64,000 nucleotides of DNA. Origin: Lama guanicoe. Lineage: Eukaryota. The DNA lies in the NCBI GenBank assembly GCA_013239625.1, contig MU056000.1, positions 14,722,851 through 14,786,850 of the forward strand. Reading direction: 5' to 3'. The notes beneath the pieces are model-generated. The model did not search any database and had not been told where the DNA came from. It was given only the letters and a program-made list of their open reading frames with translations. Below, piece after piece: positions 37,200-50,653 of this stretch. Each line of letters opens with the position of its first letter. The stretch's first letter is position 1. Both the position numbers and the translations under genes were made by a program.

Positions 37200-40100
37200 G
37201 TGTACAAAGAATAGCAAAGAATTAATGCAATGAATAAAAAACAACTATAAACTTGGTACATATTAAAACAATTATATCAATGATTACTTTAAATATAAAT
37301 GGTCTAAACATATCAGTTAAAATACAGAGCTTAATAGAGTCGAAAGAGAAACAAGAACCAGAAATACATCGTCTAAAAGATTCCCACTTTAAATATAATG
37401 ACAAAGATAGTCTAAAAGTAAAGAGTTGGAGGAGGTATATCATGGTAATACTAAGCAAAAGAAAATTGGAGTTGCTGTGTTAATTTCAAACAAAATATAT
37501 TATAGAATAAGAAAATGTATTAGAGAAAGAGAGGGGGAATTGCATAATGACAAAGATGTTAGATCTCCAAGAAGAAATATCTGTATGCACCTAAACACAG
37601 AGCATCAAAATACAGAAAGCAAAAACTGATAGAACTACAGAGAAACAGACAAATCCACTATCATTATTAGATGGGAATTCAATACATTCCTATATATTTG
37701 AACAGATATGTGTTATCTTTGAAACAGAAAAGTACCATAAATCAACTGGATTTAATTGACATTTATAGGATATTTCATTCCACAACTGCAGAATACATGT
37801 TCTCAAACTAACATGGAATATTCACTAAGATAGACTACATTTAGGGCCATAAAACCTGCCTTAACAAAGTTAGAAGACTAGAAATCATACAAAGTATTTT
37901 CTCAGGACATAAACTAGAAATTAGGACATAAGTTAGAAATTAGTAACATAAAGATAGCTGGAAAATCTCCCAATAATTAAAAAAAATCTCCCAGGATTAA
38001 AAAATTCCTGATTAAGTAACATAGGGGTCAAAGAAGTAGTCTTAGAAGAAAAAAAAATTTTCTAGGTAAATTAAAGTAAAACTACAATGTTACAAAATTA
38101 GTGAGATATAGTGAAAGCAGTGCTTACAGGAAAATTTATAGCATTACAAAAATATATTATAAAAGAAGGAAGATCCTCAATCAACAAGCTTCCATTTTAG
38201 AAACCCAGGGAAAGAAGATCAATTTAAACCTAATGAAATCAGAAGAATTAAGAAATAAAATAATTAAATAAAAAGAATTAAAAAAATTGCAATAGAGGAA
38301 ACATTAATAAAATTTAAAAAACCAAAAAAATCAACAAAACAAATACATGTTTCTCTAAAAAAATAAGATTTTTCTTTAACAAAACCTCCTGAAACACTAA
38401 TCAAGGGAGGGGAGGGAGGGGTAAGGAGAATATACAAATTACCAATATCAGAAATAAAAGAGAGATTACGACTACCAATCAAATGGACAATAGAAAGATA
38501 ATAAAAGAACTACTCTACATCCATAAATATGATCATTTACATGAAGTGAACCAATTTCTTGAAAGTTGCAAATTACCAAAACCCATATCAGGAGAAATGA
38601 ATAATTTAAATATCCTTATATCTTTTAAAGGAAATGAATCAATAATTAATGACCTTTTCAAAAAGCTAATACCAGAACACATACGGTTTTATTAGTAAAT
38701 TCTACCAAACATTCAAAGAAAAAAGTACAAATTTTTCATAGACTTCTCTAGAAAATAAAAATAGAAGAAACACTTTTTAAATCATTTAATGAGGCCCGCA
38801 TTACTTTAATATCAAAACCACATAAAGCCGTAACAAAAAAGGATAATTAAATATACTTTCTATGTACATAGACACAAAAATCCTAAGCAAACTATTAGGA
38901 AATTGAATTCAACAATGAATTGAAAGAATTATACTTTACAACCAAGTGGAATTTATTCCAGGTATACAATTGGTTCAATATTTAAAAGTCCAGTCAATGT
39001 AATCCATTTTATCAGCAAGCTAAAGAATAAAACCACATGACCATATCAAGAGATATAGAAAAATCACCTGACAAAACCTAACACTTACTCATGATAAAAG
39101 CTCTCAGGAAATTCAGAAGTGTAAAACTTCCTCCAATTTATAAAGATTATCCACAGAAGGCCTCTAGCTAACATTATATTTAACATTGAAGAGCTGGATA
39201 TTTTTCTCCCTAAGGTCTAGAACAACGCAAAGGCAACTTCTCTTAACACAGGTACTCAGCACTGTGCCGGAAGTCCTTGCCAGTGCAGTAAGACAAGGAA
39301 AACATTAAAAAAAAATACTGATTGGAGAGGAAGGAATGATATTGTCTTTATCAGCAGATGGCATGATTGTCACTGCAGAAAGTCAAAGAATCGACAAACA
39401 AACTTCTGGAAATCAGAAGGGAGCACAACAATGTCCCATATGCACGGTTAATACGCAAATGATGATTGTTTTCCTACCTACCAGCAGCAAACAACAGGAA
39501 TTTGAAAATTTTAAAAAGCCCCTTTATACAATAATATCAAAACAATACTTTGATATGAATATAACAAAACATGTACAGAATTTTTATACAGACAACTACA
39601 AGGCATTGACAAAGGAAATCAATAAATGGAAATTTTTCACATCTATGGATAGGAAAAATCAATATTGTTAAGATTTCAATTCTTCTAGACTCAGTCTGGA
39701 AGATTCAACACAATCCTAGTCAAAATCTTAGCAAGCTGTATTGTATATATCAATAAGCTGATTCTCAAATGCATATGGAAAGGCCAAAGATGTAGAAAAG
39801 CCTTCAGAGTACTGCAGAAAAGATGCTGGAGGACTCGCATTACCCCTTTTTGAAAACTGTACTACTATCATAATAAAAGCAATGTGGTATTGGTTAAACA
39901 ATAGGTCCATAGTTCAACAGAATGGAATAGAGACAAGCTGTAGATCTACACTTACAAGTACAGTCAATTGATTGTTAACAAAGGTGCAAAGGCAATTCAA
40001 CAGAGAAAGGACAGTCTTTTAAACAAATATGTCAGAACAACTGAATGTCCATATGTAAACATATGAAAATAACACAGACCTTACAGCTTAAACACAATTT

Positions 40101-40415
40101 AACTAAAAATGAAACATAAAGGTAAATGTAAGATGAAAAACTATAAAACTTATGAAAGTAAATCTGTCTGAACTTTGGTCTATTAATGAGTTTTAGATTC
40201 AACCTCAAAAGCATGATCCATGAAAGAAAAAAGTAGTGAGTTGGACTTTATTAACATTAAACGCTCTAGTCTATGAAAGACATGAAGAGAATGAAGTTCC
40301 TAGCCACAGACTGAGAAAACATTTGCAAAACACACATCTGATAAAGGATGTGTATCCAAAATATTCAAAGAAAATCCATCATCAAGAAAATAAACAACAC
40401 AATTAAAAATGTCAT
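37200..40415 (+). mobile_element. ~3.2 kb decayed L1 (L1MC/MD-type) ORF2: endonuclease, RT and C-terminal regions, with many stops and frameshifts
   Basis: ISMITLNINGLN (EN N-terminus, ORF 37253), GVAVLISNKI (ORF 37426), DHLHEVNQFLE..LPK (ORF 38483), LSADGMIV (decayed FADDMIV, ORF 39336), 'aaaagcaatgtggtattggt', 'acatttgcaaaacacacatctgataaagga'. Confidence 0.95.
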
Positions 40416-41124
40416 CCACCCATCTTACTCATAATTTGAAAAAAAATAAAAATCTATCATCTTCATAAACTTAATGGAAGGTATTGGAAATTTTCAACAT
40501 TAAAATGAACAAAAAAGCTGTGGTATAGATAAGCAGGACCTAATAAAGAGAAACTTGTAATTGAGCCTAACAGAGTTTTTAAAATGTCTAAAGACAGTTT
40601 TCTTTAGACACTTGTCAAGTTCGTATTTGTGAAGTACAAATTGTAGGAAAAAAAAGGTAGGCATATGAGCTCTCTTTTTGAGAGCAGTTATTCAGCTTTA
40701 GATTTACTTTCTTGTTCAAAGAGATTCATCTGGCAGCTCCAGATTTACAAGTCTAAATATTTAATAGAAAGTTGTCAGTTACTGGTTTGCACTTTGAAAT
40801 GATGGCATTTGTTAAATACCGAAGGTGGTTATAATTTGCATGATTTCTATTTCTCCAGTACTCTATTTATAAATACAGATTACGAATTTTGAATTGCCTG
40901 TGTCATCTTTCAGATTCCAAGAAATCCTACTTAATTAACTGACCAATCCATTTTAACACTGCTTCCCAGTGGCTGTATTTAGTAAGTCAGTCACTTAAGA
41001 CCTTCACACACATGTATTCACATTTTGCCCACACATTTAAATTACATATCACACTTGTTTCTAGGTATTAAATGAACAGATTAAATAAGATACAATTCAG
41101 TGTATTCCCAGTAAATTTGAATAT

Positions 41125-41255
41125 ATTTTGTCTCATAGATGAAGAAATTGAGACAAGTACAGGTCAAGCTATCTGCCTTTTATTATAGAGCTAGTCAGTG
41201 ATATAGAGTAGATTCAAACACAGCAATTTAGATACAGAGCCTGTACCCCTAATCC
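41125..41255 (-). mobile_element. MIR fragment
   Basis: 'catagatgaagaaattgagac..gctagtcagtg..gattcaaacacag..agagcctgtacccctaa'. Confidence 0.7.
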
Positions 41256-41316
41256 AGCTGTATTTCCCAGAGGTTTTACAAGATCCTTCTCAATTTGACT
41301 ATTTACTTTCTTACTT

Positions 41317-41751
41317 TGTTAGAGGAAAATAGCAAAAGACAGACAGACACAAGTCTGTACTGTAATGAAATCAGACTTATTGGCTGCAGCAATGGAAGGC
41401 ACCACTGAGGAACTGCGGAATGCTACTCAAAGAGCAGGAGGAGATACAGCCCGTTTGTAAGGTTTGAGAAAGGGCTGAAGCATTCTGCGGAGAGTCTAGG
41501 TAAAGGATGAGTTTGAAATTAGTTACTGGTTAGAAAGCAGGATGAAGAGAAACAGATTAACTAGAAACTGTGTGCTATCAGAAGACAAGGGCAGCCTTGA
41601 AATTTGCTTTCTCTGGTAATAAATGTGAAAAGCAAACTTGTTTTAGAGTGTCATTGGAGAGAAAGTGGTAGTCTCTTAAAATGTAGCTATCATGGCATTT
41701 CACAGAGGCTGTATGGCTTTGGAAGAAAAAAATGTGTTCTCTTAACTTTCA
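41317..41751 (-). mobile_element. ERV1 LTR, MER110-like
   Basis: TG..CA ends. Internal 'caccactgaggaactgcggaatg' and 'gtcattggagagaaagtggtagtc..catggcatttcacagaggctgtatgg'. Confidence 0.7.
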
Positions 41752-41859
41752 GTTAGGAGATTTCCACTCTTCAAACCTAATTCCTTAAAATAGTTCCATG
41801 CTTCTGTGTTTTGCACACACTACACTCTTTGTCAGGAGTGTGCTTCCCCCTTCATTCCC

Positions 41860-42155
41860 TTCCTTAAGTCCTACTAATCCACTTAGATAAAATTCAGTTA
41901 TCACTTCCTGGGAAAGCTTCCATGGCCTGTCAGAAAACTGACCACATCTACTCGTATGCTCACTGAAAGTCGGTTTTCTGTATCTGTCTGTGCCTATGTG
42001 TTTCCCAATAGATAGTGAGCCAACGTAGAGCAGGGGCACTTTTTTCTCCCTGTGGTATTCCATCCCCTTCAGAAAGACTCACAATAATGCCAGCTGTAAG
42101 GCCTGAATGCCGGAATGAAAGAATGAATCAATGTAAGAATGAATAAATGAATTCT
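41860..42155 (+). mobile_element. L2 3' end
   Basis: 'atcacttcctgggaaagcttcc..tagatagtgagcc..gagcagggg' followed by a gaat-repeat tail. Confidence 0.7.
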
Positions 42156-43639
42156 GTCAGAAATAGTTTCATGAAAACAGAACATTTCTTTCTACTGTGG
42201 CTGGTGGCTTCCATTGCGACCTTGAGAAAGTGTTACTGGGTGTAAGCGCTGCTTCCCACCAGGCTGGCTAAAGCTTTGCACAGAAGGAGCTATTCCACAG
42301 TCTCGTGGGAGTGCGAACTGCGGTTTTAATCATTACCCTGCTCCTGTAAATTCACAGCTCGTCCATGTGATCTACAGACTGTCCCCTCCCACCTCAAGTT
42401 GTAGTTCTTCTACATTTGCCTGCCCAGGAGCAATTTCTTGGTCTCCCTGGTGCCATGAGTCTTTTACACGGGGGAATAAGTCTGCAGCAAACCATCTTTA
42501 ATTAAGAAAACGAGGCTGCAACCTAGATGCTAGTTATCTGTGCTCTTCTCATGACTAGTAGACGACTTAGAGATGACGTTCAGGAAACGGATTCCCAAAT
42601 TTAATAGTTTTCAGGAGTTTTAGGACTAGAATTTAGCACTATCTTTTAGGATTCTTTGCCATATTGCCACTCCATTAATACTACATTTAGTGACATGTGG
42701 GTCTCCTTAATTCACATTTTTAATTATTTTCAGTTTATGTATCATTTTCAGTGTTGTCTTTGGCAATAAATTTCAAATGACAGTATTCAGCTACATTAAA
42801 AATAAATGCATGACCGTTCATTCTTCTATCTATTGAATTAATTATATGTAGAAGAATCTCATCATTAATTCCATGTTAGAAGGTAAGAGAAATAAGAAAT
42901 AAATGTTTTGTGGGTACAGAAGATAATGGGACATGGTACTTCATTTAAAATATTTATGAGTCTGTACTGTTCACTGTGTATGAGTATGCTGATATCTCAA
43001 ATGGAATATGTGAACAAAATTGAATAAAATCATGACTAGAGGGAATTTAGCTTCTAAAGTGTGCATAACAAAGAGTCTTTTGTCAGAACATGAAAAATCA
43101 TCACAGTGTACTTCAAAAACATCCAACTATTGAATATTCAAAATCAAAAAACACCAACTTATGCTTTTATTGACTTGGAAGCCCTTATCAATGTTTTTTT
43201 TTTTCATTGTTAAGAAGGAAATCTTTCTCATTAAGTGGATCATATTACTACATGTTGTTATTGGAAAATTATCAGTAAGAACAAACTTTTTGTAACATTA
43301 CTAAATTTTTCAAGTTATGACAGTAACTTCACTTCTGATGCTCTGATTGCTAAAATTTTCTTAGACTGAGAGCAATGTATTATGTTTTTAATGCTAATAA
43401 TATGTCAATTCCTTGGACCCAGTTTCAAGACAAGGAGATACTTTTCCCTTTTTTCTGTAAGAAAAGGTGGAAAGTGTAAATGAGGTTGAAGCAACAGTGA
43501 AATTTGTATAGAAACTCATCAGTAAGTAAACCCTTCTAATACTATGACCATGGACAGATCATGATGTATTTTTGTTTTATATTTGATTCTTGGACTTTCA
43601 CCTATTAATGTGCAATTTTTATAATTTATACAATATATT

Positions 43640-43750
43640 TGAATGACAGTTCCCTCATCTGTAAACTAGGGATACTATTTTCTCCCTTTCAATGCTGCTA
43701 TGGGTATTAAAGGGACAGTAATTGAAGTGACTAACATAAGTCACTACTGA
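43640..43750 (+). mobile_element. MIR fragment
   Basis: MIR core 'cagttccctcatctgtaaactagggatact'. Confidence 0.7.
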
Positions 43751-44974
43751 AATTCTTATATTTACATTTGGTGAAATGTTGCTGATAGAGAGATGAAATT
43801 TCTTCTTTTAAGGCTTTCCTGAAATTGAAGATAGGACTAAGTGTTCTTTATGTGTTCACTTAACACCTTGTGGAGACTTCCTTCTTTGGGATCTAACATA
43901 ACTTATATCTTCCTACTGGTAATCAGTAAGTGGAGGGTAGCAAGTGCATTTTATTAAGTATGTTACTCACAGATTATACCAAGTTTCTGGAATTATAAGT
44001 GCTAAATAAATGTTCGTTAAACTCTACTGAAATACGTAAGATATTTGTCAAAAACTTTAAAAGAAATTTTTTAAAATATTCTGTATGTCTCAAGAATAAC
44101 CAATACAAAAAAGATCAATGTGCTAATTTAATGTGTCAGAATTTATTGTATAGAATATGAATTTGTATTTTCATAGCCTTATTGTCACATTAATTTTTTT
44201 TAAATATAGTTTTCAGGTATGTTTTCTTGTCTCTAATTGAGTGCAAATATTTTCAATAATTTCTGAAAGTTTCAAACTTATGATTATTTGTTGATACATG
44301 CTTAAACAGTATCTATCTGACTTAACTTGGATTATATTTGGACAAAACCAATTCTTCATCTTAAAACTTAATAAAGATAATTGATTAACTGGTTTTGTGG
44401 TCTTAAATTTCTTTCATGAAGAAATGAAAAAAAGGTACTTATACTTTTTTGGCATACGTTAGATAACAATCTCCACTAAATCAGCCGTTGTTAATGATAA
44501 TGGAAAGCATATGTAAGCAACAAACATGTGCATATGTTCCTTCCAGAAGCTAGTAAGCAGCTCCATAAAGCACCTTGGAAGCAATTTTAGCCACCTTTCA
44601 AACAGCAAACAAAATTAAATGTCGCTGTTATAATTTAATAAAAGAGTAACACTTAATGACTTTGTGTTGTGGTCGGTACATTGATCTCTTAGACAATAGT
44701 TTTCTAACTTAGCAGGAAAGATAAAATAAAATATCCATGCTGCAAGGAATTTACTAGACATATTACCTGATGTTAATTTTAAAATCATAATATGATTATA
44801 ATAGTCAATAGATAATGTGCAATGAAACAAATGCCTGCAATTTTACTTTTAAAAAATAAAGTAGCTGCCTTTAAATGAGAAAATTAGACTGTTGAATTTA
44901 AAGGGAATGTTCACTGTTTCTCTTACATTGAGTTTTGTCAAGAGAGATAGGTGGGAAGTAACTCCAACTAGAGC

Positions 44975-45175
44975 CATCACTTATCAGGTTCTAATTATGC
45001 GTATGATTTGCCTTGCTCTTTTTTTACATGTACAAAATTCATTTAATACTCATATCACTATGATGTAAATACTTTTTACTTATTTCACAGCTGAGAAATT
45101 TGAGATTCAGAAAGGATAATAACTTGCCAAAGGTTACAGGTCTGCTAAATGAAAGAATCAAGAATGCAGACATAA
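44975..45175 (-). mobile_element. MIR
   Basis: 'tcatttaatactcat..atttcacagctgagaaatttgagattcagaaaggataataacttgccaaaggttacag'. Confidence 0.8.
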
Positions 45176-45599
45176 TTCCATGTTTTTGATAAGAAATGCA
45201 TAAAGCCCTTTAATAAATTACAAAAGAGAAGCAATATTAATTACTTAAATCAAACATTTGATTGGTCTTAAATCATAATATCTAAATTGAATTATGTATA
45301 TACTATGATAAAAATGACCTTTCTACACATCCTATAAACAATGATACAATAGCCAGATACAATTATATATTAATAGTCAAAACATCATTTAAATACACAT
45401 TGTTTTTATGATCCTCAAAACCACTTTACCCAATGCATTTTATGTGACTGAAATCTGTTAAAATAATGTTCAGCAATGACCTGAAAAATAAGAATACTAA
45501 AATATTACTAACTGCAATCAATAAGGAATTAGGTTAGCCAAAAATTCAGTTTCTAATACAGTATGTTCTGAAGAGAAGTTATTTCATATTAAAAAAAAG

Positions 45600-45800
45600 A
45601 ACCTGGAATTTGAAGCTACTTGAATCCTGTTTCTTGATAAGTAGTTCAGATTACTGAAACCTCTGTGAACTTCTATATCCTTATCTATAAAGTGGCTGTA
45701 TTAAGACATACAATGTAGGATTGTGGGGGGATTTAAAGGGCATGAGAAAAACACCCTTAGAAGTTCATGATGCGTATCACATGATCAATAAATGCTGCCC
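45600..45800 (+). mobile_element. MIR
   Basis: 'ttactgaaacctctgtgaacttctatatccttatctataaagtgg..ggattgtgggggatttaaa..tcaataaatgctgc'. Confidence 0.65.
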
Positions 45801-48199
45801 TCATTTATAGTCTGTGTCTAGAGAGTAAAGGAGGCAACTCTATTCATAAAGAAAGAAGCCTAAATTTTCACAGACATTCTCACCTTCTATCTAACTACTT
45901 AGCTTAACATTCATTTCTTTCAGTTAACATTTCGGGTGAGTATTTCATTCATATAACAAAGATATTTTACAATATATCAATTGTTCACAGAAAAATAGAC
46001 CAACATTAAATACATTTACAATTTTATATGCAATTATATTGTACATGCTTTGTTTACTGGATTGTCTTTCTTTATAAAATCTCTTGGGAAATAATGTTTT
46101 TAAAAACATTAAAATAAAATCTCAAGTCTTATCAACTTAACACAACTGATGAAAGATTACAAATGCTCGTGTCAAATAGACCTGGGCTTGCTTTGCTTCT
46201 AAGATCCCTGCAGTAATGATGAGCAACAGAGCCTAGAGCATGAAATTGCAGTACCTGGAACTCTGGACTGTGTGTTTTGAATCATATCTTCACCATGTAC
46301 TGGATGATCATAGTCCAGTTGCTAGAGTATTCGTTCCCTCACTACTACCTACCTAACTAGTACACCAACTTAACTTAAACAACTAGATAGAGTATTACTT
46401 GAAGAAAGAAGAGTCTTGTTCCATATGAAAGGAAAACCATTTTCCACTACACTTGTTTTTTAGAGGAGGAGCATAGAGGGCATTCAGGCAATAATTATTA
46501 TTATTTTTCTACCATCTGCAAAGCATGGGACCTATCATAAGAGGTTCTAAAAGTTTTGCCAAAGATTTTGCCTTAAGTTGCAAAGGTAAAACAAATACTA
46601 ATAATTAAATAACAATAATTAATATGTTAAATACTGTTAAATAGAAGTAATTAAATAGCAATATAAGTGTTTAGCAAAAAATGGCATGATATAAGCTAAT
46701 AAAATAATTGTCAAATAATTAATATTAAAAATAAATGTTTAATTCTTATGTCAGGTAAATTTATCATGGATCAAAAATAACAAGCAAGACTTCACAGTCA
46801 TCTTTGTGTTCAAATAGTGGACAAACAGAAGTTGATTTTTAGTCATTTGTATGATATGAATCATCTTTGACATGAATTTTTTAATTTATCAAAGGTTTTC
46901 TCATTAGTAATTGAAGAGATAGAAAATAAAGTTATATGTGAAAATGCTCCTGAGGAATGAATTTCAAGAATGAGCCTCAGTCTTCAGAAGATCTTAAGAT
47001 TATGCTGAATTTCTTGAATCATGAGGTCCAAGGGGTTAAGTGACTTCAACATTTTTATAATTTTCTTTTATTATCATAACAGAAATCTATAAGCCATCAT
47101 ATGCAAAATCATTAAAACTAAGTAAAGTCTATTATTCTTTTAAGAAATTAAACCACGATTACTCACACTAGACTTGTATTTTTTAAATAATATAAGTCAT
47201 TGTACACACACCAGGAGCACAAAGTGTTTCAGACATGGTTCTATCAAAAAATTCCGTCCTGTAAAATGCCTTGATGGGGACATTACTTTTAGTGTGATGG
47301 ATATAGTCTCAGAGATATTTATTAAAAAACTGCTAAGTGCCAAATAAAGACTAAGCCCATTTCTTTTTCATATCATACTTAAAATGTTTTCCTCCCTGTT
47401 TCCTCACTTGGTTTCTTCCTGTCTTCTTCCCACATCATCCACTTTAGTGAGTTGCATATGAATAATCACTCAAGCAAAAAACATTTAAACTACTGGAGGC
47501 TGAAGAACAGCATTCTGAGTATATTAATTATCAATTATGGTTTCCAAAGGCTTTTAAAAGTGAACTCCAAAAAGAAGCTTTCAGCATGTGTTTCCTTCTT
47601 GCATAGTATATAATTTAAACTATATCTCTTGAGTAAATGAAAGGGCTAAAAATAAGTGGGTTTGAAAAAATCATCTTGTTAGAGGAGTCCTGTGACTGAT
47701 TAAAAGTATATTGAGGTTATATATTTTTCTTAGTTGTACAGAAATTTGCCTTAAATAATATTTTATAAGTAGTGCTTTGAAAATGATTCCTACTCCCATT
47801 TAAGGCATTAAATGTTTCCCATTATATATTTACAAATATATGTGTAAATGTACAAAGTACAAGCCTATATATTTGGATATGTGTATGTATTTTATTTAAG
47901 AAAAGGAAATATGTATCCATGATTTATTCATGAGCTTGATATAATCTGTGGATAAATTTGTTTTCAGTTTTTCCAAGTATGTAATGGAAGTGATCCAGAG
48001 AAAATACCACACTCATTCATATATAAATTATGAAGCTGCCAATAAAAACTGTTATGTGGGGAGACAAAGTATAATTCTTACTGTAAAAAAAGATTTATTC
48101 AGGCTATTTAGGGTGTATTATAGAGCACACTTTTTTCTTTTCCTGGATTTAAAAATAAAATAAATTTAGTTTTGCTATTTTGTGTCTGTGGGTGACATT

Positions 48200-48330
48200 T
48201 ATATAATTAAAGCTCCAGGAGGGCAGAGATATTTGTCTATCTGTTTTATTCAAAGATGAACCTTCCAAGCCTAGGACAATGTTTGGCACATAGTATAAGT
48301 CAACAAATAATTGCTCAGTGAGTGAAATAT
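48200..48330 (+). mobile_element. L2a 3' end
   Basis: 'aaagctccaggagggcagagatatttgtct..gcctaggacaatgtttggcacatagtataagtcaacaaataattgctcagtgagtgaa'. Confidence 0.85.
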
Positions 48331-48515
48331 AATAAGACACATTCATCTCTAAGCAATACAAAATAGTTTGTTGTCACAAAATTCTTAAGAGGAAAAGAGG
48401 AGTTGTCACCATTTCATTCAAATATTTAAGTATTCTCTCTACTAATGCAGAAATTCATAGATTTCTGTGGAAGTGCCAGGGAATATTATAGTTTTAATTC
48501 TGATAAAACTTTAAG

Positions 48516-48652
48516 TATGTGACAATGAATATATATATGTTTATGTATAACTGAAAAATTGTGTTCTACACTGGAAATTGACATAACATTGTAAACTGAC
48601 TATAACTTAATAAAATAAAATAAAATAAAATAAAATAAAATAAAATAAAAAC
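48516..48652 (+). mobile_element. Young camelid-type L1 3' end with (TAAAA)n tail and TSD
   Basis: 'gacaatgaatatatatatgtttatgtataactgaaaaattgtgttctacactggaaattgacataacattgtaaactgactataact'. (TAAAA)8 at 48611-48650. Repeat actttaag at 48508-48515 and 48653-48660. Confidence 0.9.
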
Positions 48653-49219
48653 ACTTTAAGGATTTAAAAAGAAATGGATGGTGATGAAAGAAAAGCTTCC
48701 ATTCTTGCAAATCTCATAAGTATGGGGCATACATGCTATTTACTACAATTGTTAGAATTTAAAAATGAGATATTTTTGAAAATTAAAAGGTTTAATATGT
48801 TTGAACAAATCTTTGATGTCTGATGTTGACTTCTGGAATGTAAGACCAAGGTTAGACAAAGCATATACATTAATTTATTGTTTAAGTACAATTGATTTCT
48901 CACTCTGTCAATATTTATAAAATGGAAAGAAACACAATAAACTATAGCATGGAAAGTAATATAAAATGCAAATAAATAAACAAATAATTACTTTCCATAG
49001 ATTGCTTTCACTTTCCATTGGTTTTTCCGTAAGATAAGCTATATATTATGGCAATATATCAATCATTATTTTGTGTGTGTTGAGAAGGGCTGAAGTATAT
49101 GTGGGTTATGTAGATGAAGTTATCATAGGTGAAGAAAGTCAATATTTTCCTTCCTAAACTTAATAGCTGAAATTGCTATTTTTTTTACACCTATTGTCCC
49201 AAGACTCCTTCTTCTTTGA

Positions 49220-49600
49220 CACAGTTTTGACCAATAAGAGAAGTATCGTCAAGAATATTAGCCCTGTAGTGGTTCAGGTCTACATTAGACTGGACCTAAA
49301 GTCAGCTTAAGGTAACACCTGGACCTTCAACTACATCGCTTCCATTTCACTTCAGGATTGAACCTCTCCATATTCCTGAGCCACTCCTTCAAACTGCAAC
49401 TCAACACCCTGGGACCTGAGCACTTCTCTGAACTCCAGACTATGTGACAAAGGTATTAAAATTTCAGCAAGTTCGTATTTCCCCCCTCCCTTAGATCGCT
49501 GATTACTATTCTCATATTTCCAGGAACTGTCTATTATGTATGGAGCAAGTTCTCAAATACATCACTACTAGAATAAATCTACAAAGCATCCATAAAGCCT
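49220..49600 (+). mobile_element. Possible old LTR remnant, family not recognised
   Basis: More GC-rich block with a TATA-like 'ggtattaaaa' followed ~110 bp later by AATAAA. Confidence 0.3.
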
Positions 49601-50653
49601 TCTTACTTAATTTACACACATTGATAATAGATATTCAGAAAAACCAACATGGAGTTTGCAGTACTCATTTTGATACTGTACACTGAACTTCCTGAATTTA
49701 GGCTGCAGAAACCAGCCTAGAAGATCTTTTCATTTTTTTTTTTTATTTTTTTCATCTCTACCCTGATGCTTGTTGCTGAGTTTTTTATTCACACTTTGAT
49801 CATGAACAAATTCAAGATATTAGAGGACATGAAGTTTATCAAAACGTAAGAAGACACAACATTTGATTAGAGAATGCATGTATAGGCACAGTGAGAAGTG
49901 AGATTGGATGGTTAATTAATGATAATTAATTTTAAATGGTCAATAATATAGCCTATGAGTTGATTAATTTACAAATATTATAGGTTCTTGAATGAAAGGG
50001 GAACCTGAGTAAAATATTTTTTATACTCATTGATCTTTTTAAAAAATAAATAAGCAGATATTTTGTGATTAGCAGGCCACTTTGAAAGAGGAAGCAGCTG
50101 GATACAAGAAAATCAAATAAGAAAGAATTATATTAATAGCTGATATCAAGCAATCAGTTTTGAGCAGAATCATTCTTCTTGATCTGGGTAAGAAAATATA
50201 AATCGAAAAGGTAAACAGTAGCTGTTAGCTTTATATAGGAAATCGGATAAATAGAATTCGTGAATAGTGAACAATTGCTCTTGGGAGGAATACAAGGTTA
50301 ATTTCCTGCAAGCTACTGGTCACACCATTTTGTTAACTGATCAATAAATAATCTTGTTTTATGTGTGTTTCTGTTAAAAGAGATTGCGTTTAATATATAC
50401 TTCTTACAAATAATTAACAGGATGCCGCATTTTTTATAATAACTTAGTAGCCTTTTTCTCCTAACATTTTTCTGACCCTGGGTAACATGACCTAAAATTT
50501 GTTTGGCTTTTAGCCTGATAGCAATGCTTTCCATTAAGCTTTTTAAATTGGGTATCATCTCATGACTCCACAGATGTAACTTCTATCTTTTTCATAATAT
50601 CATCGCATACTTTGTAGATGTAACTTTAGCACTATCCAGAGCAGCCTCATATA

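Noticed and set aside
37200..40415. Active or domesticated L1 ORF2
   Set aside because: Broken into short frames, catalytic FADD decayed to SADG, and no ORF1 or promoter attached.
46335..46390. Small mitochondrial insertion (G-poor strand)
   Set aside because: I could not match it to any mtDNA gene. Low complexity explains it equally well; a BLAST against camelid mtDNA would settle it.
50572..50626. 11-bp direct repeat agatgtaactt as a TSD
   Set aside because: The intervening 33 bp has no clear poly(A) tail or element identity.
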